A stretch of DNA of 62,679 bases, counting the filler, from Sphacelaria rigidula (taxonomy: Eukaryota): the NCBI GenBank assembly GCA_964200075.2. It is 6 parts of 6 records of this genome, joined end to end, with 100 filler letters (N's around TTAATTAATTAA, not from the genome) between each part and the next. Parts side by side here need not be neighbours in the genome. Positions count along the whole stretch, not along the records: positions 41,855 to 52,217 come from CAXNAA020006651.1; positions 52,318 to 62,679 come from CAXNAA020006652.1; 4 more parts are not named here. One strand, given 5' to 3'. Shown piece by piece: positions 50,518 to 62,679 of the stretch (position 1 is the first letter of the stretch; every line of letters starts with the position of its first letter). Position numbers and translations under genes: made by a program. The notes beneath the pieces were generated by a model that did not search any database, was not told the DNA's origin, and saw nothing but the letters and a program-made list of their open reading frames with translations.

Positions 50518-52217
50518 CTGGGCGTAGGAAGACAAGATACGCGGCGTGTAAGCACGTCAGTTGTGTGTGTGTGTGTGTGTTTGAGGGCGAGAGGGGGAAG
50601 CAGTGGGGGGTAACGAATATCCAACGGCGTACATAACAGGAACGGTGCGAGATACGAAGGATAACAATGCCATTGGTTGTCAACAAATTTGCAGAACCTG
50701 ATCTGTGGATCTCCGTGGATGACGAGGGGCCGTGAAGACAAACTCATCATTTCTGGAACCCGCAAATTTGCAGAGGACAAATTCGTGCTCCCTTTGCAAG
50801 CTAGGCCAAACTGTAAACTGTCCGCCATTCCGAGCGATCAGAAAACGTTCAAGAAGTCTTCATGACTGGAGTGGAGCACACGGCAGGCTTCCGACTTATC
50901 GTCGGAGAAAGCGTCATACCGTGTCAGTTACAGCAACGACAGCCTATTGAAATAGAGGACACGGGCCACCCGAATCAACAGCCCTCTGAATCAAACACTT
51001 ACATCCTGATGCTGTAACTGGCTATCTCAAAATCAACAGCACTTTGCTTCAAGTGCCAGAAGGCCCAACGACAAACTCAACCCACCACCCATTAACTCGG
51101 CAGGACAGAGATATCGTTACAAACAAACTCTCCAGTATGTCGCCCCTCGACTACACAGGGAGAGTGCTGCAATTTTGTACGGAGTATTATCTACGTTGCG
51201 ATGTACTGTAGTCAAGTATGGTGGAAGTGGAATGTCATGCCGTCAGTGTTCCAGCAGGGGCGAGGGGCCTCGAATCCGCAATTTTGCAAATTGTCCGATA
51301 AATCGATTTGTTCAAAGGATTGGCTGGAGCCAAAAGAATGGCACACACCACGGCTATTGCGGCATGGCGCACACGCTGTGCTGTGGTGTAATAAGGTGTC
51401 GCGAAGTCTTCTACTGTATCCGCGAAACAACAAGCTATCGCTGTCACCATTCATCAAAGCACAGCGAACCATCAACGCACTTACCGTAATCTCCGTGTGA
51501 ACCGGCCCCTACTGTCTCAACTGGATTCCAGGCTATACTGGTTACTGACTACGAGTATACCGTAGCAACTGCTGCTCTATACCCTACTGCACAACAACAA
51601 CGACTCGGATTCCAACGAAGTGCAATAAGTAGTCCAAGAAGCGTCGGCTGAGGCACACAAAGCTAACGACAAAAGCACCGGTGCACTTGCGCACTCACCA
51701 TGAGTTCTGCAGAAGCCACGATGTACACACAACAGGAATGAAGTCCTTCCTATGTTGCTGCTGGGGGCTTGTCACGATTGTGATTAACGCGCTGGGCGGG
51801 TTGTACCTGTTTTATATATACCTTCGACGCATGGTCCCTGATCGAGAATAAGGTATACCCTAGTTTTTGCTGCATGATTTGCCAGCAAATTTTATATTTC
51901 ACCGCGCCAAAAAGGCAGCAGCGGCAATCATCCGTTGTCTGTACCTTTGGTACGTGCACGATGTACATGTTACATGCAGCCATTCGTTGTAATAAGATAG
52001 AGAAATCCTCTAATAAGTCAATCGTAAATAGATCGAAACGAGCGTCCGGAGAAGGGGGTTGGGGGGCTTAGGGTGTGGACCAAATTCAGACGACTGGTAA
52101 AATATATAAACGATACTCGTGGGAAGGAGAGGGTTTACACCGAACAGTGTTTTCGTGAGATTGAGAGTAGATGATACGATTGAGAGTGAAAAGCGGTCAA
52201 TCAGTGAATGAATCGTT

Positions 52218-52317
52218 NNNNNNNNNNNNNNNNNNNNNNNNNNNNNNNNNNNNNNNNNNNNTTAATTAATTAANNNNNNNNNNNNNNNNNNNNNNNNNNN
52301 NNNNNNNNNNNNNNNNN
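52218..52317. other. Artificial contig spacer
   Basis: N44-TTAATTAATTAA-N44. Confidence 0.99.
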
Positions 52318-54005
52318 CATGATCATGAGTACCCCTCCCCCCCCCTACCTCTCCCCTCCTCCTACCCTTTGTCGAATCTCTAAAAATGGAAAGACTGGCT
52401 GAAATAATGTGGTCTTTGTTCGGGTGTGGTCTATATTTATTTTGTTAATTGTTGAAAGTGATCCAGCGTGCCCATTACTGTACAAATGTACAGCATCATG
52501 AAACCCCTTGAAGGCCCAAGTCCCAGGTCGACCGATCTGAGCGGATGATGGTAGGCGATTCTGAGAGGGTTCGGGCAAATATTTTTGGGTGGAAATACAA
52601 TGCCTGCGTAAAAAAGAAGACAAAATATATGCTCCAGGTCACTCCTGAGTGCGGCTTGTGCGCGAGTAACGATAGCGCGTTTTATGTGCGTGGCGACGAC
52701 CTTTTATCTGCAGACGTCGTCTTTTCACTGGGGATAACGACCATCTCGAACCTTCCAAACATTGAAGCGTCCAACGAGCGGTCCGGACCTCCAAGGGGTT
52801 ACATGAACCCCATAACAGCGAGCTTCGGCCCACGAAAGTTATGCCTGCTGACGGTCCGGGAGGTTTCCAAGAAGGGCGTCCTTTGTGAGGCGGTCGGGGC
52901 AAGTTTCCCGTAACAACCACGCATGATTCTGGAAGTTTGTAGGTCCAGCAACAGACCTCAAGGGGGAGGGGCAAAGGAATCACATATATTTTTACCCGTA
53001 CAGGTCTGACAATCAGTGTGGCCGACCCAAAGTTACGTTTATGGCACCGCGTGGCGTCGCCTGACCCCCGTCGCCCCCTACAAACCTTTTCATGTACCGC
53101 TATGATTGTCTCTAGTGTGGAACCCCCTCCGCCTGAGGAATCAGAGTCTGCATGCATCTCGTTGAGGTTGGGGGCAGGATTGCGTGGAGGGGGAGGGGCG
53201 GGAGTTGCGATTCCGATAGATGTGGTGAGTCGCTTCGTCCACCACGTTCCCGTACCTCGCAATCAACCAAGCCCTGGCTATATAAGCGTCCACTCAACTG
53301 TTCCATTAAGACACAAAAACCAAGGAGTGCCCTTTCTTCGTTTCTCGTGCAATCCTACCTACCGGCTCCCCTCTTCTTGTCGAGATAGCTGCAGCACGCT
53401 ATTGTGTTACCACACTGCCAAGTAAACAGAGGCAGAAACAGGGTGGAGTGAGTGTTCACAGTGAGGAGCAATGGCACTGATTTTTTCAACATCGTGATTC
53501 TGTTTTACGTAGTCCCTGGTGAAAGACGTACAGCACAGTGAGGTATCGACGGTTGGGACGATGTGGCATGAAGTGCAATACACCAAAACATGCTTGAGGT
53601 GTACCAGCACTGTTCCGAAAGCACCAAAACTTCGCCCTATAGGGGGGAAATTTGCAAGCAAGATCGTTAGCTTGCGGACGTGATCAACAATATTTCAACT
53701 TATTGGTGTGAGTGCTGTGAAGCAATGGCGATTACGAGGCACAGGGTTGTTCTCTGTCGTTTTTTCAGCGGCTTAGTAGCATCGCCAGATCAACTCTTCG
53801 CCACAGTGCTTCGGGTGGTCAAGTCATAATTTGTCAAAACACGTCAATTCCTCCATGAGGCACTTATGTACAGCCCGTTTCGCGTTTGGTCGAAACGAAA
53901 CGCCTTGCCTTGAATTTTCATTTTTCCAATCCACTCAACTCGCGGCTAAGGGCGCAGGATGTAGATACACTTTCCCTCCATTCGGAAATGTCGGTTGCGG
54001 AAGCA

Positions 54006-55512
54006 CTACGGAGCTTTCGCTGTCTTTCGCCGCGTCTTGGGCTCTGCCTTAAGGGGAGGAGAATTCGATTTTTCCCTCTCACGCTCCTTATTTGCTTCAG
54101 CTTTAGCCATCGCCTTTCTGTCCCTCTCCTCTCTGCGGAATTCGTTCATCTCGCGCTGCATGCCGGGGGGAAGCAATGCCTGCCAATACAACCATCATTT
54201 GACACGTCACGTCACAGAAGTCCAAGTGTTCTTGTGAATGCGGGAAGCTGCGCGTAAGGGTTCCATGGACTTTTAGATGCACACACTCATAATGATAGAG
54301 GAAAGAAGAGAGTGGGATGGCACGCAGGTCGCGTATCGACCAGCTCTAGTTAACACAACCTGCATCAAGTGTTGAAGTAAAGCCTATTACGCACGATCGC
54401 ACTCGGTGATGCGTCCGGCATTGATTTCCAACCAACATAACATACGAGACGCACAACATTGCTAGCGACACGAGTGCGAAGAAGAGGGCTCACCTTACAA
54501 TGCGGTAACTCTGCCGCGAACAGGAGACTGTGAGCCCATCCCGCATGTGGTCCAAATCGAGTGCGAAAAAGTTCGCCCACCCGAGCGTACACGATGGGTG
54601 TCAATGACCTGTGCAAGCAGCGAAAGCAACATATCGGTTGGGGGAAGTTGGTCCTGCCTTTGCCGACATCAGCTTCATCACTATGAGGGTGAGGTGCTAG
54701 AGGAAAGGGCCATGGAATGAACACAAGCAGTGATGACTGCCCGCACACCAGTACACACGGGATTTTACAAATTACGGATGCATGTTTGATGAGAATGAAC
54801 CTTGGAACCTTAGCAGGCATCGAAACATTCTCGAAAACAAGCTGTAAATACACTATCCGGTTGTGACGTGTGGCCTCACTCGTCCTCGGAAATAGATCTA
54901 TTAATATCTCCAATTTGTAAAATCTCATGTCGACAGGGGATTCTGGTAAATAAGAACAGGTTTTTGTACGGGAATGAACGGAGGTCAGAATTGTTAGGTA
55001 TAAACACGGGATTTTACAGATTCGCGGATGGATTATTCTCAGGGTAAGCGAGGCCTCACACCACGGCCGGGGAGTGTATTTGGATTACTATTTCGAAAAT
55101 ACTTCCATGCTTGTGAAGGTTCCCAAGGGCCATCCTTAATAAGAATTCATCCTCAATATGTAAAATACCGTGTTAGGCTCTGACCGGTCGCCCCGATGGC
55201 TCAGTTGGTAACCTCGTAACCTTCTGACGGTTGGGTCATACGATATGTTTGTTTTCTCGCACCATGCCCAACCGTGGAGAGCGACCATGTCGTGGGTACA
55301 CAAAATTCGACTCCACGGTTGACGGGGGAAAAGGGACCGCTGAAGCCCTCTCGCGATAAAAAATAAGGCAAGCAACGCAGAAGGAAGGTGGAGTACTAAA
55401 ACAAAAGAAAAAAGAAAAAGCTCCTGTGTTGGCCTTTCTTCTGTGTGACCCCGGCTGATGTGCCTACATACACCGAAAGGTGTAAACTGGCGTCCAGAAT
55501 AGATGGGATGAC

Positions 55513-55555
<43 letters not shown>

Positions 55556-58400
55556 CGCTCAATTCGGAAACAGCAAGAAAAAAGTAGCCACTAGCGCGGT
55601 ACCACGCTGTGTTTGCAACACCGCATGAGCTCCAGGTAGCATTGCTGACAAAAACACGACGATACCCTCGCTCACTTGCGCTCGGCCAAGCTGGCGTCGA
55701 AATCCCGACAGGCAATTCGCCAAACGTGAACATCCACGGGAATCACCGAAGCCTGGTCCAGGCCAAATAATGCCACACAATCGGCCACCTGGACAGGATA
55801 CAGTGAAAGGAGTGAAATAACGGGGGTAGATGTTACCCGGTTTAAAAAAAGTGCTTCCAAGATATTGCGAGACTAGTCTGGTTTCAAAATTCAGTACAAA
55901 CAGCTCGACACCGTATGTTGTTACGAGCTCACCTTTGCTCGTACCCACGCCACTCTAGACTGTTTATAAAAGAGGTGTATATGGGAGCACTCGAGCACTG
56001 GGGGCGACAGCACATCACGCACACGAGATCTTTCACTGTCATACCACCCACTTGTGTGAGCAAGGTAACAATGCAGTGCATGTGTACCTTCGGGCCGACG
56101 CCACCGAGCGTCACGAGCTCATTGCGCACGGCATCCCTGTCCTCGGTCCTCAAGCTAAACGCCCACTCTTCTCCACCTTTCTCGACCACGAGCCTTGCAG
56201 TATCAACAATGAACTTGGCGCGATACCCGAAGCCTGCTCGATCGCGGGTAGAATTGTTTCAGCTAGGGGCACAGACGGTAGAAAAAGCAGGCGTTGGGCA
56301 TGCTCTTCTATCGACAGCCAACAGACGCTACAGGCCCCGCCAAAGCCACGAGCAAGCGCAGTGGGGTGTGCAAAGAGATACGCGAGCCAAAGGAACGAAG
56401 AACGCACGTGCCACAGCAAGCGAGGTAATTGCCATACTTCCGTTGCCAAATCTGGAGCCCCGCGAGGTGATCAAAGTTATCTCCTCCTTCCCCTCCAGGG
56501 GAAAATGCCGACGGGAGACACGTTCTTGACCCACTGGCCCACACCTATGAAGCAAAACCAATCATGCTGAGGTATTCCGTACCTTTAACTGAGATTACGA
56601 ATAACACACATGCTGTAACTGGAGATAAAACACAACAACGAGAAGCACGACAAGCGCTGTCTTGACGAAACGAAGAGCACGCTACCATGTACATTACCGA
56701 GTGCTCTGAGATCGTCTTCTTTGGCACACGCAGCAAGCGCCTCTGCCGTTGGGAACGTGTACAGCTCGACCGGCTCCCTTGCCCATCTTTCACACTCCTG
56801 CCACACCGACGACCGAACATCAAAGCACGAAAACGTTCACGATCCTTTGTTGCCCCCGTTGAGTAGGAAGGCGACATGACTCACCTACCAGTCGAATGCA
56901 GCATCCCATTCGAACACCGACGATGTGTATTAGCTTGCGATTTACCCATTCATGGCCGACTTACGGCGCAGTCACGCATGTACGGCTGACCGTGTGGCGC
57001 AAAGAACGTGTCGAGTGTTCCAAGACGAAGAGCTTACGTTACCCGATTCACCTCGCTCTTGAATATTCCCATGCCGGCCAGCCCTCCCTCCCCGACGCTC
57101 AAGAGGGGCTTGCCGTAGGTTCGTCGAAGCTTGTCGAGCATAAGAGTGATGCGTGCGATGTTGTTGTTCGACGAGCAGATGAAGCTAAACAAGCACTCGA
57201 CGGGGTCTTGCCTACGGATGCATAAAGAGGAGGAACACAACAAAGGGCGAAATTTCAGCTCACCAACGAAGTACACACCAGAGATAAACGACAAGACTGA
57301 CGACACAGGGGACACGGGGTCTTTTTGGCGCTGGACGCGACTCGTCTGTAGCGACCGGCGGTAGTGCGGTGCAGTCATCGACCCGAACCCCACTATAGGT
57401 ACTGTAGTACAGTCATCGGGAAATGCCGAATCGCATCGCAAGTGTCCCAATCTGTGGGTTACTGGGGCGTGTCAAATATTGAACATGTACTTTTGGTACC
57501 GAGGTGCTACTCAGAATAAAACAGTGCTGAGTATCCGGAGCCCAGATAAAGGGCCCATGGGTGAGCGGATGTGCCGCGAATTGCATCTCATAGGCTTCCC
57601 TGGTATATGTATCATCTCTCCTATTCTGTATCCAAGTCTCTCCTATTGTTTCAATAATCGTGTTGACTCGACAGCTAAGCCCATCCAACCCACCTAACAA
57701 CTCGTACTCCGGGGATGCACTTCGCTACTGTCGCCATGCGCGGGTCCCCGTTGGACCATCTTTCGTACAGAGGGGCCAGCGGCTCGCCTAAAAAGAAGTA
57801 GTCTCGCAACTTGGCTGCTAGGCGCGCCTCCGTCTTGTCAGCCGAGGGATCACCCAGGCCTCCTGCCGTGTCCTCTAAAATCATTCCATCCGGGTTGAGG
57901 AGTCTAAACAGGGTTGATGACGGTGTCTGCCTGCCGTTTATTTAGGGATGGCCGCTTGTCAGGGCCACCGGTGCTCAGGGGAGGGTGCATCATGAGTTTT
58001 GAGGTTCAGTCATTTACAGCTGAGTGAATACTCAGAAGAATTTGCCCGATATTCTTTACGCAACGTACGGTTTATCGCGTCCGTACCTGATCGCCACGAC
58101 CACGCTGCCCAGAACTCCCACCCAGCAGTCAGGAGTGGCCTGACGCCAGTTGAAGCACTGTCCGATGGTGAGAGACACGGCTGGACGGAGTTCCTCCGGA
58201 GGAACCTGCAAATCCGTCCATCCATGGGTGTCATCGCCAGCCAGTGATGGTAGTCTGACCTTCTGGTCTTGTCCAATGTCGTCGCTACCATGTATCTTTG
58301 CTAGATTACCGGGAATGGAAACACTCGGCGCTGCCGATAACCACGTAGGGAACGAACGGGAGGCAGAGATGGTTGCACTCTCATGAGCACTGTCGAAGGG
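54006..58400 (-). CDS. OGG1: 8-oxoguanine DNA glycosylase/AP lyase (start codon not resolved)
   Basis: Exons ~58400-58087, 57930-57694, 57211-57052, 56797-56698, 56233-56088, 55788-55676, 54608-54494 and 54179-54006 are phase-consistent. Translation: [16 protein letters not shown]...LRDYF...[27 protein letters not shown]...FPT...[10 protein letters not shown]...[33 protein letters not shown]...[17 protein letters not shown]. The catalytic Lys (GVGPK) and Asp (PVDVH) are intact. Confidence 0.96.
55184..55554 (+). mobile_element. SINE family A copy in an OGG1 intron (antisense), B-box region deleted
   Basis: CCGGTCGCCCCGATGGCTCAGTTGG head, body collinear with 1761-2120, and a long (CA)n tail. 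Confidence 0.82.
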
Positions 58401-61400
58401 CTGCGAACACGCCGCGGGCAGGTTGTGGAGAGAGAAATGTTGTGCAATGATCTTCCTTCACAGCAGCTTGTGCACAAAAAAACACATTGCTTGTTCTGCA
58501 AAGAAAACAACGGAAAATCTGACCGCGAAAGCCGGGATGTGTCCCAGCAGCAGCATACCGCCAGTTTTTGCGATGATGCCGTTCTTTCATGTTTCGGCTA
58601 TCTATCGTATGCACACTGTAGGGTTTCGCACAATTATTCCTGGCGGCAATAGGAACAACGTAGCTTCCTCGAGACAAGGAGGCACTCCACAAACCACACG
58701 CGCAAAGCCTTGGGATCAAATCTTGTTTTCGCGTTGTTTATAGGATAACCGCACAACACCACAAGGACCATTCACGGGTGGACAAATCGCACAAGCTGGT
58801 CCCAGGAGGATGGACGAGAAGGCGGCACCGGACCTCTTGTCCGTGTGCTTGGAGACTTAGCATGATGAACTTCGCATAGCTCTCCGTGTCCTCATGCAAA
58901 AATTTACATTTTGTGGAGGGGAAACAAACAACTGACTTCTAGATTAGACATAAAAAAAACTCGGGGCGCTCCGATCAACGATCCACCAAGATGCTCCTTT
59001 GTAATATTAGTAATACTTTTGTCTCTCGCTGTTGTTCCCTTCGCTCCATTTGTCTTATCTTTCTTGTATTTTCCCTTCCTCAAGTTTCCTTCAGCGAGTG
59101 TTTCCGTTTTGCAAACCTTGGCTACTCTACTCTACATACCCTTATCTTGTCACCACGGCCGGATCCTTAGTCATTCGGGGGTACAGTAGCTTAGTCTTCA
59201 TATACAACAACGCATCATGTCAATCAATTAGTCAGGCATGAAATCAAGTCCCAGATTGGGTTTAGGCAGGGCCTGAGGTTGACAATCATTTTTCAAGTGA
59301 CAAATGATACCGGTGCAACACATGGACAGCCTTACCCGGACGGTCGAACAGGTGATACAAAAGCAACCTGGAGCGCAAATCCGGCCACGATGTTGTGTTC
59401 GAGTGGTTGTCGTCATCAAGCAGATGTATTTTATCGCATGCGTGCGACTCGTAGATGTTGAAAAGCGTTTAGATTACCTCTTTTCGCGTTAGTGGTGGGG
59501 GATCAGTTGTTCGCTGCGCACGTGCGGTAGATAAGTCCGCGTTATTGGAAAAGCGGAAGTGTCAGCGGAATTTTAGCCCCTCGGACGGATATGCTGGATC
59601 CAAGAGCATTGAAAGAATCCGCATTTCCGCTGTCGGTGGGGATGAGCTTACAGCCATTACTGCGAACGCCTTTGTGCGCGGAGAAACGAGCATTTCCGGA
59701 GATATTGGGCAAGAAAGTTCCACGAGGAAAGCGACTACTCTTGGCGTAGACAACAGAACCATACAATACGGTACAGTACACAACGGTTGCGTACAGGCCA
59801 TTGTGGCAAATCACACTCGCTCTCCACCCTGCGCCGTGCTTAATATCGCGCCCCTACGATGCCCACACGCCACCGCCCTGGTCCTGCACCTCTCGATAAA
59901 ATAACGTAGTAACCGTCGGCGTGGGACGACCGGTGTACCATTCCTTTGAGGTCAAGTTTTTGCCAAAATTATGTTCGTCGGAAACAAATGCACGTCGCGA
60001 TGTGCGCATTCAGGTGATTTTTCACTATTTTTGTTCGCTTTCGTCCCGTTTATCCGCTTTTCCGTCCCAAAACAGTCGCCAATGATTCTTCTCAGTCTGA
60101 TAAAACTTGACCCTTCACGCGCCCAGACGTGCCCATCTTTTGCATCGGTACTTTAGTCATATTCACATGAAATATTATTTTCAATACCAAGTGTCCAATC
60201 CACGGGTTCTGCAACAGTGAAGGTTGAACCCTTTGATCGTTGCCCCTACCTAGGTCGTGCAAAATTGTGCATGATTACTTTGGCTTCGGACACATTGTTC
60301 TTCAGGTGACGGCATGCCTACTTACAGTAACAGGTAGCTGTGGGTAATTTTCACGGAAATGAATGCAGGATCCCTGACTGATTTTCAGCCGAGTCGAAAG
60401 AAAATCTAGATCTTAGCTGGACCATTTTTTTTCTTTTGCGATTTGCAAGTGATACATACTAGCTATTCCTGTCCGTGTGAACAGGGCACTCCGTAGGATC
60501 TACGATGCTGGAATATACGATGCAGTAGCGGTGCATCTGTGTACCGTGTTTGACGGTTACAAGCAGCGGGATTTGCTCCCGTGATTGGCGTATCGGTGAC
60601 ATGGGTGAATGTGCACTCCCCACATGGGGTGTGTCGTCGCCTGCAAGCTCACTCTTGTCCGGCAAACCCAGCCACGAGCTCTCCTTCATGACGAACATTG
60701 GCCAAATTAGTCACGGTGCTTAAACTATACAACAACCACTACTGCCGCGATTTTAAACACGAAACATGCTCTCTACGATACCCACGCTTTTACAGGCTCG
60801 ATACTTTCGGGGGAGCACTGGCAAACCTTGAGCATGTTGTGATGTGCGCGCGTGTCATACCTTCTCAGCTGTACCCTGTTGTCTGTACTGCTGCTGCTGT
60901 CCCCGTCATTGCTTACATCGGCAGCCACATGTTACCATATGAAACAGTCCGAGTGTCACAGCCTTGATCAAAGGGTGGTCGTGGTTTCGTATCCATCGAC
61001 TTTTTTCGCCATCGGCGCACGTTCCCATCGACCAGGGCTGTTTTTGTTGGGCATACACAACCCCACCGCCCGATGAACAAATGACCCCTGCACCTCTATG
61101 TGCAGATTTGAAGAGTGATGCCGTGTTCCTTCAAGGACGAAGACACTCGAATGTGTGTGTGTGTGTGTGTGTGTGTGAGTGCGTGCGTGTTTTGCGGTTT
61201 GCTTGTTCACATGAGAAGTGGCCTGTCTCACTGGGATAAGCTTCATACTCTACTTTGGCCGTGTCATATCATGAATAATGTCATCGAAAATCGAAAAAAA
61301 AAGGTCAAGTCCAACAAAAATATGGTGCTGTGATTGAACTGCTGCTCTGAAACCAAACTGCTTTCGACTTCCCGAGACCCTTTTAAAAACACAGCATATG

Positions 61401-62521
61401 TCGGGGATCGAAACAGCACATGCCCGGAATCAAAATGTTGGACGCTTCCATCGAAAACGCGGCGAAAAAAGCTTGCAAGGTCGGCAGTGCGTGTCAAGAC
61501 GCTCCGGAATACACCTGAGGTGCAAACGTGTGTCTGACATTCCATGGCATGCAGCAACGCCTACCAGACACAGCAACACGAAGCTCACATATCCACAGAT
61601 AGTTAGCCTGACGTCACTGCCAAACGAGTGGTTTGAATGAGTACTTTTGATACCGTGTAGGGCGAGCATCAATATCAACGGTATGCGTATACACTTACTT
61701 GACTTGTATGGTCTTTCCGGCTTCAAGTATTGGTTTTGGCACCATTTGTGCTGTGCGGCTTTGCGACAGCAGCAAATTTTACCTCATTTTTTGACGGATC
61801 GTAGCCAAAACGAGAACTTCGTGTGTTGATCAAGAAGAACTATCGTGAGGGCATCAAGCACTGTCTGGATCGCAGTGCAACTCCCCTCGTCAGCATTTTT
61901 ACACCTTGGATCGACTGTGGTTTGTTAGCTGCTGCGTTATGGATGGCCGCTATGGGCCCAAATATTATACATTTCCGAAGTATTTTCGCTGCCGGTACTG
62001 GATCCAGATCGAGTTCGAGGTCGAGATCGATTTCGTTTCTTTCGTTGACCTTTTGACCCCAACCACCTCCAGATCGTCCAACTTTGCCCATGGTCAAAGT
62101 TGGCTTCGGATCCGTTGTTTTACGAGTGGTACAATACGCCTCTCATCTCAACAGGTGGATATTGAGTGTTGGTGTGAGAATAAGTGAATGAGGACCCCTG
62201 GTCATTTTTTCTGACCAAGCCACGTGGGTGTACGTTTTTTTATGCTAAACAGTAGTTGGTGCATGCTGTAATGCGCGAGTAATTGGTGCACGCTGGATAC
62301 CACTACTGCTGCAATGTACTCCAGAAAATAATCTCCACCGTGCTTTAGCAGTATTGGCACGTGCAAGGCGTTGCCGGCGCGCGTTCTGCAGGTTTGGCAT
62401 ATTCCAAGGGCAGGTCGAGTAGAGTATACTCAATACCAGGTATTTTTGAAAAGTAATGCTTTTAGTACTCAAAATTTGAGCAGAGTATTCGAGGTCGTAT
62501 TCAATCTACCCAAACTTTGAG

Positions 62522-62582
62522 TACAGGCTGGTTCACGGTGATCACCGAAATTGTGTCATCAGCAAATGCCTTCCGCAATACG
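62522..62582 (+). repeat. Second copy of the TACAGGCTG-initiated MITE-like end
   Basis: Near-identical to 30698-30762. Confidence 0.7.
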
Positions 62583-62679
62583 CTTACAAAAGTCCCATAT
62601 ATGGTATCATACTGACCGCAATGAAGACACGAAGAGGGTGACATAGCCGGATTTTGTTTAAGGCCGTAGCGGTGGCGCT

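Noticed and set aside
52639..52913. Possible plus-strand terminal exon (VTPECGLC...ASFP*)
   Set aside because: A single isolated candidate with no recognisable motif.
34759..58400. Apparent DNA-repair cluster (FEN1 + YqgF-like + OGG1)
   Set aside because: The three genes are on different contigs joined only by length sorting, so their proximity is an artefact.
58900..62050. Plus-strand exon-like pieces divergent from OGG1 (e.g. 59545-59770, 61805-61919)
   Set aside because: Could not be chained into a consistent model and match no family I recognise.

Overview
Eukaryotic, intron-rich, repeat-rich DNA, most likely from a brown alga or related photosynthetic stramenopile. That call rests on GT-AG introns, (CA)n/(GT)n tracts and a bipartite signal peptide + 'SVA-FVAP' plastid-targeting leader. 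The window is not one locus. It is six unrelated contigs of 10364, 10364, 10363, 10363, 10363 and 10362 bp joined by identical 100-bp N44-TTAATTAATTAA-N44 spacers, i.e. a size-sorted pseudo-scaffold. Contig 1: four exons of a peroxidase-cyclooxygenase-family protein lacking the distal His, with an RT-less Ty1/copia element in an intron. Contig 2: a plastid-targeted unknown protein whose first intron holds a decayed DIRS-type retroposon (Zn-ribbon + ALOG + tyrosine recombinase), plus an 85-bp tandem array. Contig 3: mostly non-autonomous transposons and unidentified ORF/exon fragments. Contig 4: partial FEN1 with a long charged insertion. Contig 5: a spliced YqgF/RuvX-like nuclease with an apparent D->N active-site change, and a low-complexity terminal exon. 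Contig 6: OGG1. Several SINE/MITE families recur across contigs. I found no multi-gene novel system. The most interesting items are the ALOG-YR retroposon, the pseudo-peroxidase, the RT-less copia and the altered YqgF. All calls come from manual reading and remembered family motifs; no searches were run.
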